A DNA stretch of 63,861 nucleotides, the filler included, from an uncultured Methanosarcinales archaeon (GTDB lineage: Archaea; Nanobdellota; Nanobdellia; Woesearchaeales; JABMPP01), in NCBI GenBank assembly GCA_964604995.1. It is 6 parts of 6 records of this genome, joined end to end, with 100 filler letters (N's around TTAATTAATTAA, not from the genome) between each part and the next. Parts side by side here need not be neighbours in the genome. Positions count along the whole stretch, not along the records: positions 1 to 14,707 come from CAZSAD010000037.1; 5 more parts are not named here. One strand, written 5' to 3'. The position numbers were made by a program, and so were the translations under genes. Numbering within the stretch: position 1 is the first letter of the stretch; each line of letters opens with the position of its first letter. Positions 1 to 10,757 of this stretch are shown here, piece after piece. Below the pieces are notes generated by a model that was not told the DNA's origin, did no database searches, and saw only the letters and a program-made list of their open reading frames with translations.

Positions 1-2
1 CT

Positions 3-3000
3 TATTCTGGAACAAATACTGCACCAAGCAATGGATTATTAGTTGAAGGTAATGTTGGTATTGGTACAACAACTGTTCCAGAAAAATTAACAGTTAATGG
101 AAATTTATCTGCAAGTGTATTTTATGATGCTAATAATAAAGCATATTATGTTGATCCTGCATCGACATCAATATTAAACATTGCAAGAATTACAACACTT
201 TACAATTCATCAGGTCAAACATTTTTCTCTAATTCTTGCACTTATGGAATTGCATCAATTAGTGCAAGTGGTGCAGTTACATGTGCAACTCAACAAGGAA
301 GCACAAGTGCAACAGTTGGTGGAAGTGGAAGTTTAGGTTATATTGCAATGTGGAATGGAACTAATCAAATTAATTCATCAAAAATTTATCAAAGCACAAA
401 TGGAATTGGAATTGGAACAACAACTGTACCTGAAGTTTTAACAGTAAATGGAAATTTATCTGCAAGTGTATTTTATGATGCTAATAATAAAGCATATTAT
501 GTTGATCCTGCATCGACATCAATATTAAACATTGCAAGAATTACAACACTTTACAATTCATCAGGTCAAACATTTTTCTCTAATTCTTGCACTTATGGAA
601 TTGCATCAATTAGTGCAAGTGGTGCAGTTACATGTGCAACTCAACAAGGAAGCACAAGTGCAACAGTTGGTGGAAGTGGAAGTTTAGGTTATATTGCAAT
701 GTGGAATGGAACTAATCAAATTAATAGATCAATGATTTACCAAGGAGGATCAGGAGTTGGAATTGGAACGACGACACCACAAAGTAAATTAGAAGTTGTA
801 GGGAGTGCAAATATTTCAGGAGATTTAATTGTTGATGGTGGAGATATTACAAATGGAAATGTTGGGATAGATATTGGTGAAGCATCAACCCTTGGAGCTT
901 TGTTCACAGAAACAACTGATAATGCATATTTTGAATTTACTTGTGCAGATTCTGGTGGAAATGATTTGTGTGAATTTAAATCTGGAATTTACAATAATGG
1001 CGCAACATTTTATAATCAAAATAGTTTGGTACAAAGAGGCGTAATTTCAAATGATGGTGCAGCTTATGTACAAATAAATGGTGGAACATCTGGGTATACT
1101 TATTTTAATGGAAGAATTGGAGTTGGGACAAGTGTACCTACTGAAATTGCAACAGTGAATGGAAATTTATCTGCAACTATATTTTATGATGCAGATAATA
1201 AAGGATATTATGTTAATCCAGCTTCGACTAGTTATGTTAATGCACTGAATACTGCAGGAAGAATAGGAGTAGGAACAACAACTGTACCTGAAGTTTTAAC
1301 AGTAAATGGAAATTTATCTGCAAGTGTATTTTATGATGCAAATAATAAAGGGTATTATATTGATCCAGCAACAACATCAATATTAAATATTGCAAGAATT
1401 ACAACACTTTACAATTCATCAGGTCAAACATTTTTCTCGAATACTTGTACTTATGGAATTGCATCAATTACTGCAACTGGTGGGGTTACATGTGCAGCAC
1501 AACAAGGAAGTGTGTCATCTTGGACAATTGCAGGAGATAGTGGAAGCGAAGCTGTAACTAATGGACAAACTGTAACAATTGCAGGTGGCACAAATGGAAT
1601 TGATGCAGTTGAAGCTGCAACAAGAACAGTAACATTAAGTCTTGATTGGACTGAAGTTGCATCAGATGCAATTTCTGAGGCAAAAATTGATTTTGATACT
1701 GTATGTGGAAGTGGAAGCAAACTTTATGTGAATGGAAATGATCTTGCTTGTGCAACAGATGCAAATTCTGGAGGAAATATAATTGGTGCTGGAAGTACTG
1801 GTTACATTGCAATGTTTAATGGAACAAATGCAATTAATAGTTCAGCAATTTATCAAAATGCAAACCGTATAAGTATTGGTACTACAGATACTAGTTTAGG
1901 AATTTTTACTTTAAGTGGATTTAACTCTTGGAGTGATGCTATAAGATTAGTAAGTACTACAAATTATGAAGGTAGAATAAGTATTGCAAATAATGGATTT
2001 ATATTTAGATATTATAATCGAACTAGCAATACAATTTTTGGAATAAGAAGAGCAGATGATACCCATGCTTTTGATGTTTATGAAAATGGAACTACAGATA
2101 TTGGTTCTGGAAAATTTTATGTAAATGTTGAAACGGGAAAAGTTGGAGTTGGTTCGACATCACCACCGGAAGTTTTAACAGTGAATGGAAATTTATCTGC
2201 AAGTGTATTATATGATGCTAATAACAAAGGATATTATGTTGATCCGGCATCGACTAGTTATGTTAATGCATTGAATACTGCTGGAGCAGTAAGTATAGGT
2301 ACAACAACTTCAGTTTCAACTCTTACAGTAAGAGGAAATATTTCATCTTCTACAGATTATGGACATCCAAAAATTGTGCTTGATTCTACTAGTGCAGGAG
2401 ATGATTGGCAATCACAAGGTGCACATATCTCAATAGGTGAAAGTGGAGATTTAGGAAGTGCTGCATTACATTTAACTTATGTTGGAAATGGATATGGTTA
2501 TATTGGATCTGGCACTGTTACAAATGGGATTCCTGCTTATTCATATCTAAGATTTTATTATGCTACAAAAGATATTTACTCTGATTCAAACATCACAACT
2601 TGGGGAGTTAAATTAAATAATTTATATGATCAGGATGGATCAAACTTCTTTGATACAACTTGTCCCTATGGAATTGCGAGCATTGATTCAACTGGTGCAT
2701 TTACTTGTGCAAGTGCACAAGGAAGTGGAATAACTGGATCAGGAACAGGAAGTGCATCTGCTGGAAATATTACAAGATGGAATGGAACTGGATCAATTAC
2801 AAATAGTATATTGTATGAAAATTCTGGAAGAGTAGGTATTGGTACAACAACACCATCACAACAATTAGATGTTGTTGGAAATGGATCAATTCGAGGATGG
2901 TTATTTGTTGGTGGACAAAATTATGCATATGCCAGACCAACTTCCACAAATTATGGAGGAATAATACAATTAGCGATGGATGGACAAGGAGGTAGGGATT

Positions 3001-4388
3001 CTCTTATTTACACTCATGAATATGTGCAAGATGGTGATATGATAGTATTTAATCCTTCGAATAATGGAGCAAGAATGGTTGTACGTGGTGATGGAAATGT
3101 GGGCATTGGAACAACAAGTCCAACAACAACTTTAACAGTAAATGGAACATTTTCTGTTCTTAATAATGTAGGAATACAAGGATTATATCAAGATACTTCT
3201 GCAAAGATAGGTATTGGAACAACAAGCCCAAGTGATAAACTACATGTACATGGGGGGATATTAAGGATTTCTGGAAATGGTACAGCTGCAAGTGCACCAG
3301 GAATTGATTTTGTTAATATGAGTACAAGATATGCATATATTAGACTCGCGACTTCAGTAGATGGAGTAGTAAATGGTGCTGTACCTGGAGATTTAACATT
3401 TAGAACAGTAAATAAAAAAATGTTATTTTCTGGAAATGATGGTACTACTGCACACTTAACAATTGCTTCAAATGGATTAGTAGGTATTGGTACATCAAGT
3501 CCTGGATATTCTTTAGAGGTTCAAGGAGATGGGTATTTTAATGGTGATTTAACAATAGCAGGAAGCTTCTATGCATCAGATAAGAGCGGATGGCTATCTG
3601 ATCAGGCAATAAGCGATGAGGATAATTTAGAACAAGGAGATATTGTTGTAATTAGTTACAATGAAGTTACAGAATATATTTTTAACGGAACTATTCCTTT
3701 ATTTAAAGTTAAGAAAACAAAAGATAGTAATGATAAAGATGTTATTGGAATAGTTTATAAAAAAATATCAAATACAAAAGAGAATAAGAGTTCCCAAGGA
3801 AGTTCAATATTGAAAGGAGATAGGATAGGAGTTGTCACACATAATAGCATTTCATTCTTGAAAGCTTCTGCTGAAAATGGTCCAATTGTTCCAGGCGATT
3901 ATTTAACTCCTGCAAATACTGCAGGATATGCAATGAAAGCTGATAAAGATTCAACTGTTTTGATTGGAAGAGCATTAGATACCCTTACAAGTGGAACTGG
4001 AAAGATTAGTGCATTCATTAGTATTAATGTAAAAGAAGGACTTAGAGATATAAATAAAGAAAGATTAGAAAAATATACTGATCTTCCTGAAAATTTCAAA
4101 AATGCCGGAATTACAAAAGAGACAACAACTGAAAAAGAAAGAATGGATATAAGATTAGGACAAAAAGTCGATTTAACAAATGCAGATTTAGTTGTGAAAG
4201 ATAATAAAGACAATAAAAATTTACAAACAACTAACACAACAAATGTGACAACAATAACAAACATAACACAAAATATTACATCGACAACTAATCCATTCTT
4301 TGAATATGGTAATACTAAAATTTATGTCAATGAAACTGGCTGCTTGATTATACAAGCAGGAGATAGTATTGATGCAACTTGCCCATAA
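3..4388 (+). CDS. Giant repetitive surface fibre/adhesin-like protein, 5'-truncated
   Basis: Frame is open from base 3 (YSGTNTAPSNGLLVEGNVGIGTT...), so the track start at 348 is internal. Many G[IV]GTT.P...L.V.G repeats typical of tail-fibre-like proteins. C-terminal GPIVPGDYLT..GYAMKA..IGRAL segment resembles autocleaving intramolecular chaperone (peptidase G2-like) domains. Confidence 0.75.
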   Translation, partial: YSGTNTAPSNGLLVEGNVGIGTTTVPEKLTVNGNLSASVFYDANNKAYYVDPASTSILNIARITTLYNSSGQTFFSNSCTYGIASISASGAVTCATQQGSTSATVGGSGSLGYIAMWNGTNQINSSKIYQSTNGIGIGTTTVPEVLTVNGNLSASVFYDANNKAYYVDPASTSILNIARITTLYNSSGQTFFSNSCTYGIASISASGAVTCATQQGSTSATVGGSGSLGYIAMWNGTNQINRSMIYQGGSGVGIGTTTPQSKLEVVGSANISGDLIVDGGDITNGNVGIDIGEASTLGALFTETTDNAYFEFTCADSGGNDLCEFKSGIYNNGATFYNQNSLVQRGVISNDGAAYVQINGGTSGYTYFNGRIGVGTSVPTEIATVNGNLSATIFYDADNKGYYVNPASTSYVNALNTAGRIGVGTTTVPEVLTVNGNLSASVFYDANNKGYYIDPATTSILNIARITTLYNSSGQTFFSNTCTYGIASITATGGVTCAAQQGSVSSWTIAGDSGSEAVTNGQTVTIAGGTNGIDAVEAATRTVTLSLDWTEVASDAISEAKIDFDTVCGSGSKLYVNGNDLACATDANSGGNIIGAGSTGYIAMFNGTNAINSSAIYQNANRISIGTTDTSLGIFTLSGFNSWSDAIRLVSTTNYEGRISIANNGFIFRYYNRTSNTIFGIRRADDTHAFDVYENGTTDIGSGKFYVNVETGKVGVGSTSPPEVLTVNGNLSASVLYDANNKGYYVDPASTSYVNALNTAGAVSIGTTTSVSTLTVRGNISSSTDYGHPKIVLDSTSAGDDWQSQGAHISIGESGDLGSAALHLTYVGNGYGYIGSGTVTNGIPAYSYLRFYYATKDIYSDSNITTWGVKLNNLYDQDGSNFFDTTCPYGIASIDSTGAFTCASAQGSGITGSGTGSASAGNITRWNGTGSITNSILYENSGRVGIGTTTPSQQLDVVGNGSIRGWLFVGGQNYAYARPTSTNYGGIIQLAMDGQGGRDSLIYTHEYVQDGDMIVFNPSNNGARMVVRGDGNVGIGTTSPTTTLTVNGTFSVLNNVGIQGLYQDTSAKIGIGTTSPSDKLHVHGGILRISGNGTAASAPGIDFVNMSTRYAYIRLATSVDGVVNGAVPGDLTFRTVNKKMLFSGNDGTTAHLTIASNGLVGIGTSSPGYSLEVQGDGYFNGDLTIAGSFYASDKSGWLSDQAISDEDNLEQGDIVVISYNEVTEYIFNGTIPLFKVKKTKDSNDKDVIGIVYKKISNTKENKSSQGSSILKGDRIGVVTHNSISFLKASAENGPIVPGDYLTPANTAGYAMKADKDSTVLIGRALDTLTSGTGKISAFISINVKEGLRDINKERLEKYTDLPENFKNAGITKETTTEKERMDIRLGQKVDLTNADLVVKDNKDNKNLQTTNTTNVTTITNITQNITSTTNPFFEYGNTKIYVNETGCLIIQAGDSIDATCP
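96..725 (+). repeat. Intragenic direct repeat, 279 bp identical (96-374 = 447-725, period 351 bp = 117 aa)
   Basis: Read directly. A diverged third copy lies at about 1305-1510 and a partial copy near 2185-2280. Confidence 0.9.
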
Positions 4389-4427
4389 ATATTTTCTGTA
4401 AAATAAAATTAAAAAATTAAAAACAAA

Positions 4428-5828
4428 ATGGTCAATGAAAAAAAACAAATTCAATTTCAAGAAGAACAAAAAGAATTATTGGAATTAAAAGAATTTAAAG
4501 ATAGATTGCTAATTGATTATCAGAAAAAACCAGGGATTAAATTAAGAGGTAAATCGGTTGAAGAATGGATTAATGAAACCAATAAAAAAATAGAGGTCCT
4601 TGAAAGAAAGTCAAAACAACAAAATATGAGTTATTCACTTTTAAAAGTAACGCCTTATGTTTTAATTGCTTTATTAATAATATTTGGAATTTCTTACAAA
4701 AGTCAAATAACTGGTTTTGTTACAAAAATATTACCTAGTGGAGAAATAGAACAAACTGAAGAATTGAATTTATCTTATAATCAAAGCAATCAATATCAAT
4801 GGATTCCATTAAATATTGGAAAAATAACATCTGTAAAGTTGTCAGGATTAATTAGTGGTGTTGGAACTGCTAAGGTGTATTTGATAAGTGGAGATTATAG
4901 TTATAATATTATTGATTCGAATAATATCATTTCTACAATTACAGAAGAAGATATGTTACCAAGTGAAGTTAAAACAAATTCATCTTCTAATGAAAACATG
5001 ACAGCTGTGATAAATTATAATTCAGGAACCCTTTTTGATGTTGATGATAATGGATTAGAAATGGATAATAGTGTTGTTGATTTTAATGTGAATGGAACAA
5101 ATTTTAGCATGGATGTAAATGAAGATGGACTTTGCACAAGATGGAAAATATTTAATGTTGAAACAGAGGATTCGTCATATGAATGTAATGGTGCAACAAG
5201 ATGTTGTAATTATTTAAGTTTGATTCCTCAAGAAAATTCATGGAATGCAATTTACAATGTGTATAAAGGAAAAAATGTAGCTGGAAGAAATAACATTATT
5301 GGAGCACAAATTGTATATGTTAATGAAAATTTAACAGCTTATGCAAGTTTATTTGCACAGCTTCCTGCAAGATTTGCAAGCATAACAAACAAACCATTTG
5401 TTGATATATGCAAAGATACTTGTTCATTTTTATTTAATACAACATCAAATAATAGCCAATATTATTTAGTATTTGAATTAAATGATGCAAATATAAAAAT
5501 TGATAATATTACTTATACAATTATTAATGAGAATAATTTAAACAATACTGACCTTTTACTGCTAAACATCACACAAAATTTGTCAATGAATGCAACAAAT
5601 ACAACTTTACAAGAGGATTGTAAATGTCCAATTGAAGGGAATTGGATTTTAGAATCTGGAAATTCGTGCATTATAACAAAAGATTGTAATCTTAATGAAA
5701 ATTCATTAATATTAAATGGACCGGGAAGTTTTGTTATTGATAATGCAACAATATCAAATGTAGGAAATGTTATTAGAAGTGGCGGTGTAAAAGTTATAAA
5801 AAAACATGGTGGAAAAATTATAAGATAA
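4428..5828 (+). CDS. Membrane-anchored Cys-containing surface glycoprotein
   Basis: Charged N-terminus, one TM helix followed by ITGFVT, paired Cys residues, many N-x-S/T sequons. Confidence 0.7.
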   Translation: MVNEKKQIQFQEEQKELLELKEFKDRLLIDYQKKPGIKLRGKSVEEWINETNKKIEVLERKSKQQNMSYSLLKVTPYVLIALLIIFGISYKSQITGFVTKILPSGEIEQTEELNLSYNQSNQYQWIPLNIGKITSVKLSGLISGVGTAKVYLISGDYSYNIIDSNNIISTITEEDMLPSEVKTNSSSNENMTAVINYNSGTLFDVDDNGLEMDNSVVDFNVNGTNFSMDVNEDGLCTRWKIFNVETEDSSYECNGATRCCNYLSLIPQENSWNAIYNVYKGKNVAGRNNIIGAQIVYVNENLTAYASLFAQLPARFASITNKPFVDICKDTCSFLFNTTSNNSQYYLVFELNDANIKIDNITYTIINENNLNNTDLLLLNITQNLSMNATNTTLQEDCKCPIEGNWILESGNSCIITKDCNLNENSLILNGPGSFVIDNATISNVGNVIRSGGVKVIKKHGGKIIR

Positions 5829-5948
5829 AAAAATTGTTTATAGTTATTTGATTTAAAATTATAAAAAGGAAATATAAGAGATTAATTATTTTCATTTGTT
5901 TAATTGTTGGGAATAATAAAAGGGGTTAATTTAATTGGGAAATGCAAA

Positions 5949-7199
5949 ATGCAAAAAAAGATTTTGGTAGTTGGAATTGTATTTTTATTGTTAATAATTT
6001 TTAATAGTCAAAAAATTTCTAGTGATGATGCTTTAAATTGCTCAATTGTACCAAGTGCGAATTGTGCAAATGCTGCTTTACTTTATATGAAAAATTATTC
6101 TAGTGGGTATTATAATGCACATGCACAATTGCCAACTGTTGCAACTTACCCTTATGTTATTTGTTGTGATGCTCTTTCAAGAGGAGATATAATTAATTCT
6201 AGTTGTATAGATTCAACATTTTTAAAATTACAATCAACAACTAATAGTCACGTTCAACTTTCATCAATGTCTACATATTCCAACAATGCTTGTATTAATG
6301 CAGTTAATGGGTTAATCACTTGCAGATATTACAATAGTTCTTGCCCAGCTAGTTATACTTGCTTAACATCTATTGCATCTGGTTATGCTAGTGATTATAA
6401 TTTAACAAATGACCATGTTGGAGATTGCAATGAATATTCATTGAAAGTTTGCTGTGGAATAAATTCTCCACCAAATAAACCCCAACTTATATCTCCACCA
6501 AATACTTCTATTATAACTAATAGAACCCCTACATTTGTTTGGAATGCAACTGATCCGGATAATGACAGTATGACTTTTGATTTGTTTATCACATGCAATG
6601 GTGGATGCTCAGTTGATAATAGAAATTATCTTAGTCTAAATAATATGAATTATACAATACCAAATGAATTAAAATATTTTGGAGATGATAATTATTATTA
6701 CACTTGGTATATTAGAGCATATGATGGAACAAGCTATAGTCAAAATAGTGATGTTTGGAATTTTACATTGAATAGTTTAGTTAGTTTAACTCTTGTTAAT
6801 AATACAATTTCATTTGGACAATTAAATGTTGGAGATAGTGCAAATACTACAAATAATACTCCTGATCCCTTTGTTCTTAGAAATGATGGAAATTGTTTTG
6901 CAAATGTAAATTTAAGTGCTGATAAATTGATATGGGATAGTAAACCTACTCCAAGTAGTTTTTTTCAGTATGAAATAAATAATTATACTGGAATGCCAAA
7001 TGCATTTAATTCAAGTGGAAGTCAAACAAGTTGGGCAAATGTGCCTGATGCTAATCAAACAGTAATTGCAAGTTTGAATTATACAGATTTAAATGATATG
7101 TCAAGAATTGATGTTTATGTGAAAGTCCCATTGGATGAACCTGCTGGAAATAAAACTGGAATTCTAACATTTACTGGAAGTTATGTGAGGAAAGATTAA
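5949..7199 (+). CDS. Secreted protein: Cys-rich N-domain, Ig/Fn3-like domain, C-terminal pilin/WxL-like domain (candidate tip adhesin)
   Basis: Signal peptide from the ATG at 5949. NSPPNKPQLISP..W..TDPDND..Y.WYIRAYDG Ig-like module. ISFG / NDGN / VPLDEPAGNKTGILTFTG motifs are shared with the downstream paralogs. Confidence 0.65.
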   Translation: MQKKILVVGIVFLLLIIFNSQKISSDDALNCSIVPSANCANAALLYMKNYSSGYYNAHAQLPTVATYPYVICCDALSRGDIINSSCIDSTFLKLQSTTNSHVQLSSMSTYSNNACINAVNGLITCRYYNSSCPASYTCLTSIASGYASDYNLTNDHVGDCNEYSLKVCCGINSPPNKPQLISPPNTSIITNRTPTFVWNATDPDNDSMTFDLFITCNGGCSVDNRNYLSLNNMNYTIPNELKYFGDDNYYYTWYIRAYDGTSYSQNSDVWNFTLNSLVSLTLVNNTISFGQLNVGDSANTTNNTPDPFVLRNDGNCFANVNLSADKLIWDSKPTPSSFFQYEINNYTGMPNAFNSSGSQTSWANVPDANQTVIASLNYTDLNDMSRIDVYVKVPLDEPAGNKTGILTFTGSYVRKD

Positions 7200-7474
7200 T
7201 GGATAATAAAATAAAAATTTCACTTGGAATTTTAATTGTAATTTTACTAGTTGGAACAATACTTGCCTTGCAAAAACAAAATGAACCAACAACTGTTATG
7301 ATAAATGTTACTGAAGGAAATTCCACTTGGAAAATAACCAATGCCGGAACAACAAATGTTGAAGTTAAAGTGAAAAACGGATTTACTGCTTTTGTTATTA
7401 AAAATTTAGGAATTGGAAAAACTAGTGAAATTCCAAAGGAAAATGTAGAAATAACTGCTAAACAAAATGATTAA
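7199..7474 (+). CDS. Small membrane-anchored/secreted beta-rich protein
   Basis: N-terminal TM/signal and an ITNAGT motif; overlaps both neighbouring genes. Confidence 0.7.
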   Translation: MDNKIKISLGILIVILLVGTILALQKQNEPTTVMINVTEGNSTWKITNAGTTNVEVKVKNGFTAFVIKNLGIGKTSEIPKENVEITAKQND

Positions 7475-8744
7475 AAATAAAAAAAAATGGAAAAAGAAAA
7501 AATGTGATATTAGTAGATTTAATTTTGTGAATAAAAAAATTATTCTTTTGATTATATTTGTAATTATTACCTCTTTAATTTCAATGAATGTTTTTGCAAT
7601 TGGAGTAAGCCCAGGTAGAACAACTATTGATTTTACATCTGGCCTTTCAAGAGAAATACCAATAAAAATAGTTAATAATGAAAAAAAAGATATGAGAGTT
7701 GTGATTTTTACAAAAGGCGATCTTGCAAATTATGTAAAATTAGATGTTGAAGATTTAGTTTTCTCTAAAGAAGATACTGAAAAATCATTTAATTATAAAA
7801 TTAATTTACCTCAAACATTAGAACCTGGCCTTAGAGAAACTGAAATTACAATTAGAGAAGTTCCAATGGAAGATAAATTGGGTGAATCCACTATTAGTGC
7901 ACTTGTTGCAGTTGTATCTCAACTAAATATTAATGTCCCCTATCCTGGAAAATATGTAAAAATGGATTTTCATGTTGTTGAAGCTAAACAAAATGAAAAA
8001 GTAAATTTCTTTATTCCTGTAAAAAGTTTAGGTAGTGAAAAAATTGAAAATATAAGACCAACAATCATTATTTATGATCCAAAAGAAAATGAAGTTGGAA
8101 GAGTTGTTGGAGAAACAAAAAGTTTAGAGTCAAAGGAGAACTATGAATTTAAAATAGAGTGGCTTGCAAATGTTCCTTCTGGAATTTATAAGGCTGCTGC
8201 AGTTTTGGAGTATGATGGAAATAGAACTTTTATGGAAAAACAGTTTTTAGTTGGTGAATTTTTCTTAAAACCATTAGATATTTCAGTAAATAATTTTAAG
8301 TTGGGACAAGTTGCAAAATTTAACATATTGATTGAGAATGTTGCAAATGATAAAATAAATGATGCTACTGCTAAAATAGAACTAAACCATGAATCAGGCA
8401 AAAGAGTAGCTGATGTATCAAGCGTTCCAACTGAAGTTGAACCATTTACTAAAAAAGAAGTGGTTGTATATTGGGATACAGCTGATGTGGATATAGGGGT
8501 TTATAGTGGAGTTTTAAGATTAAAATATTCCAACAAATTATCTGAAAAGCAAATAAGAACAATTATTGAAGAAGATGCAATAAGAACTGAAATAATAGGA
8601 GTTACTGGTTTTGCAATAAATACTAAACAAAGTAAATCAGGTGGATTTAATTTTATGTATATTATAGTAGGGTTATTGGTTATTATAAATATAGTTTGGC
8701 TTGTTTATTATAAGAAAAAACAAAGTTTAAATAATAATACATGA
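7467..8744 (+). CDS. Multi-Ig membrane-anchored protein, DUF916/DUF3324-like (candidate assembly chaperone)
   Basis: Signal peptide ending VFA-IGVSP, three beta-sandwich repeats, VPYPGKY motif, C-terminal TM plus basic tail. Paralog of 11766-13025. Confidence 0.6.
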   Translation: MIKNKKKWKKKKCDISRFNFVNKKIILLIIFVIITSLISMNVFAIGVSPGRTTIDFTSGLSREIPIKIVNNEKKDMRVVIFTKGDLANYVKLDVEDLVFSKEDTEKSFNYKINLPQTLEPGLRETEITIREVPMEDKLGESTISALVAVVSQLNINVPYPGKYVKMDFHVVEAKQNEKVNFFIPVKSLGSEKIENIRPTIIIYDPKENEVGRVVGETKSLESKENYEFKIEWLANVPSGIYKAAAVLEYDGNRTFMEKQFLVGEFFLKPLDISVNNFKLGQVAKFNILIENVANDKINDATAKIELNHESGKRVADVSSVPTEVEPFTKKEVVVYWDTADVDIGVYSGVLRLKYSNKLSEKQIRTIIEEDAIRTEIIGVTGFAINTKQSKSGGFNFMYIIVGLLVIINIVWLVYYKKKQSLNNNT

Positions 8745-8851
8745 TAATAGAGCTTAAAAAATTAAGAGAGTATGTATAAGTGTCATAATATAATAAAAGT
8801 GTGTCACTGTAAAATAGAAAAATATTTATATGAGATTAGAGAAAATATGTA

Positions 8852-9646
8852 TTGCCTATAGGTGGAGTGGAAAAAATCGCAGACGAAAGACTTTTTGAAA
8901 ATGTTTCCAACAAGAAACTTGTGGGAATCTTAATGGTAATAGTTGTTGTATCATTAATAGGTACTTCTTATAGTGTTTTCAAAGATAATATAACAGGATT
9001 TGTTACTCAAGGTACTGTTTATATCGGAATTAAAGCTTATACCCAAATTAATGTAAATAATAATGTGTATTTTGGTAATAGCACAATTTCAAATGATCCT
9101 TTAAATTTAACTTCGGTTAGTACAGAATCGCATGATATAGGTTCATTCAATAACTGCACTGTCTTAAATGGAGGGGTAGATGATCCTGGAAGAGATTGTA
9201 TGGGCATGGAAGTTATGAATAATGGAAACGTATATGTTAATGTTACAATGCAAGCATCAAAAACAGTACAAGTTTTTTTTGATAGCGTTGCTGATATTGG
9301 TGCTAATTTTAGCTATGCTGTGTTAGATGGAAACAGAACAAAAAATCAGACAACTGTACAAATAATGGGGTATTCTTTAACTGATATTGGTTTGAATAAT
9401 GCATCATGTCATCCAAATGCAAATAATGGGAATATTGCAATACTTCCAAATGGAAGTTATTTAAATGGATCTTATATGAATTGGCAAGATATCCCAGTTA
9501 GTACTACTGCATTATTGTGTTCAAATTTATCATTTACAACTAGCAATAATACAATTACGGTAGAATTTAATTTAACAATACCAATTGATGAACCAGTAGG
9601 CACTAAGAGTAACACATTTACATTTACTGCCTATCAGGTTGAATAG
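8852..9646 (+). CDS. Pilin/WxL-like surface subunit, copy 1 (start uncertain)
   Basis: TM helix + ITGFVT, VYFG, NNGNVYVNVTM and C-terminal VEFNLTIPIDEPVGTKSNTFTFTA; about 15 sequons. Confidence 0.65.
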   Translation: MPIGGVEKIADERLFENVSNKKLVGILMVIVVVSLIGTSYSVFKDNITGFVTQGTVYIGIKAYTQINVNNNVYFGNSTISNDPLNLTSVSTESHDIGSFNNCTVLNGGVDDPGRDCMGMEVMNNGNVYVNVTMQASKTVQVFFDSVADIGANFSYAVLDGNRTKNQTTVQIMGYSLTDIGLNNASCHPNANNGNIAILPNGSYLNGSYMNWQDIPVSTTALLCSNLSFTTSNNTITVEFNLTIPIDEPVGTKSNTFTFTAYQVE

Positions 9647-9656
9647 GTGAATTAAA

Positions 9657-9926
9657 ATGGAACAACCAAACACATATTCGGATTCATCTTTTGATGATAC
9701 TGAAACTCAAACTGGAAAAGATGTATCTAAAAAAACAATTGTTACACTACTAGTCATTACAATATTGGTAGTTGCACTTGGCATTTGGACAGTACTTGAT
9801 AGAATGAATGCACAATCTGATAAAGTTTCAACAACAACTGGACAAGTAAGTATGAATATAATACCATCAAATGCTGTACCTGTTGATGTTGGAAATACTG
9901 AAGAAACAACAGGAACAAATAAATAG
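9657..9926 (+). CDS. Small single-TM protein, copy 1
   Basis: AGGTGA SD upstream; TM helix followed by TTGQVSMNI; duplicated at 10758. Confidence 0.8.
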   Translation: MEQPNTYSDSSFDDTETQTGKDVSKKTIVTLLVITILVVALGIWTVLDRMNAQSDKVSTTTGQVSMNIIPSNAVPVDVGNTEETTGTNK

Positions 9927-9972
9927 TATTATTTTTTATATTTAATTTTTTAGATTATTAATTTAAACAAAA

Positions 9973-10740
9973 ATGACAAACGAAAGATTTTTTGAAAATG
10001 TTTCCAATAAAAAACTTGTTGGAATTTTAGTTGTGTTGATGATTATTGCATTAATTGGTACATTCTTTAATGTATTTCAAAATAAATTAACTGGATATGT
10101 GACATCTGGAACAGTTCAAGTTGGAGTTTTGGCATTTACTTCTTTAAATGTAAATAATAATGTGTATTTTGGTAATAGCACTGTTTCAAATGATCCTTTA
10201 AATTTAACTTCTATCACTACTGAATCGCACGATGTGGGAACATTTAATAATTGCACAGTTATAAATGGAGGAGTAGGTGATGCTGGAAGAGATTGTATGG
10301 GAATGGAAATTGAAAATAATGGCAACGTATACATTAATGTTACAATGTTAGCAACAAAAACACCACAAGTTTTTTTTGATAGTGCTGCAGATATTGGTGC
10401 TAACTTTACATATTCAGTATTAGATGGAAACAGAACAAAAAATCAAACAACAGTAAGAATAATGGGTTACTCCTTAACGGATATTGGATTAACAAATGCA
10501 TCGTGCCATCCAAATGTAAATAATGGTAATATTGCAATACTTCCAAATGGAAGTTATTTAAATGGAACATATATGAATTGGCAAAATATTCCTACTACTA
10601 CTGGGGCATTATTATGTTCAAATTTATCTTTTAGTACACACAATAATACAATTACTGTAGAATTTAATTTGACAATACCTGGTGATGAACCAATAGGTAC
10701 TAAAACTAATACCTTTACATTTACTGCTTCGCAAATTTGA
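9973..10740 (+). CDS. Pilin/WxL-like surface subunit, copy 2
   Basis: Clear full-length paralog of 8852-9646. Confidence 0.7.
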   Translation: MTNERFFENVSNKKLVGILVVLMIIALIGTFFNVFQNKLTGYVTSGTVQVGVLAFTSLNVNNNVYFGNSTVSNDPLNLTSITTESHDVGTFNNCTVINGGVGDAGRDCMGMEIENNGNVYINVTMLATKTPQVFFDSAADIGANFTYSVLDGNRTKNQTTVRIMGYSLTDIGLTNASCHPNVNNGNIAILPNGSYLNGTYMNWQNIPTTTGALLCSNLSFSTHNNTITVEFNLTIPGDEPIGTKTNTFTFTASQI

Positions 10741-10757
10741 TTAGGTGTAAAATTAAA

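Noticed and set aside
3..4388. Prophage
   Set aside because: No capsid, terminase, portal or integrase genes; the neighbours are cellular membrane-anchored glycoproteins.
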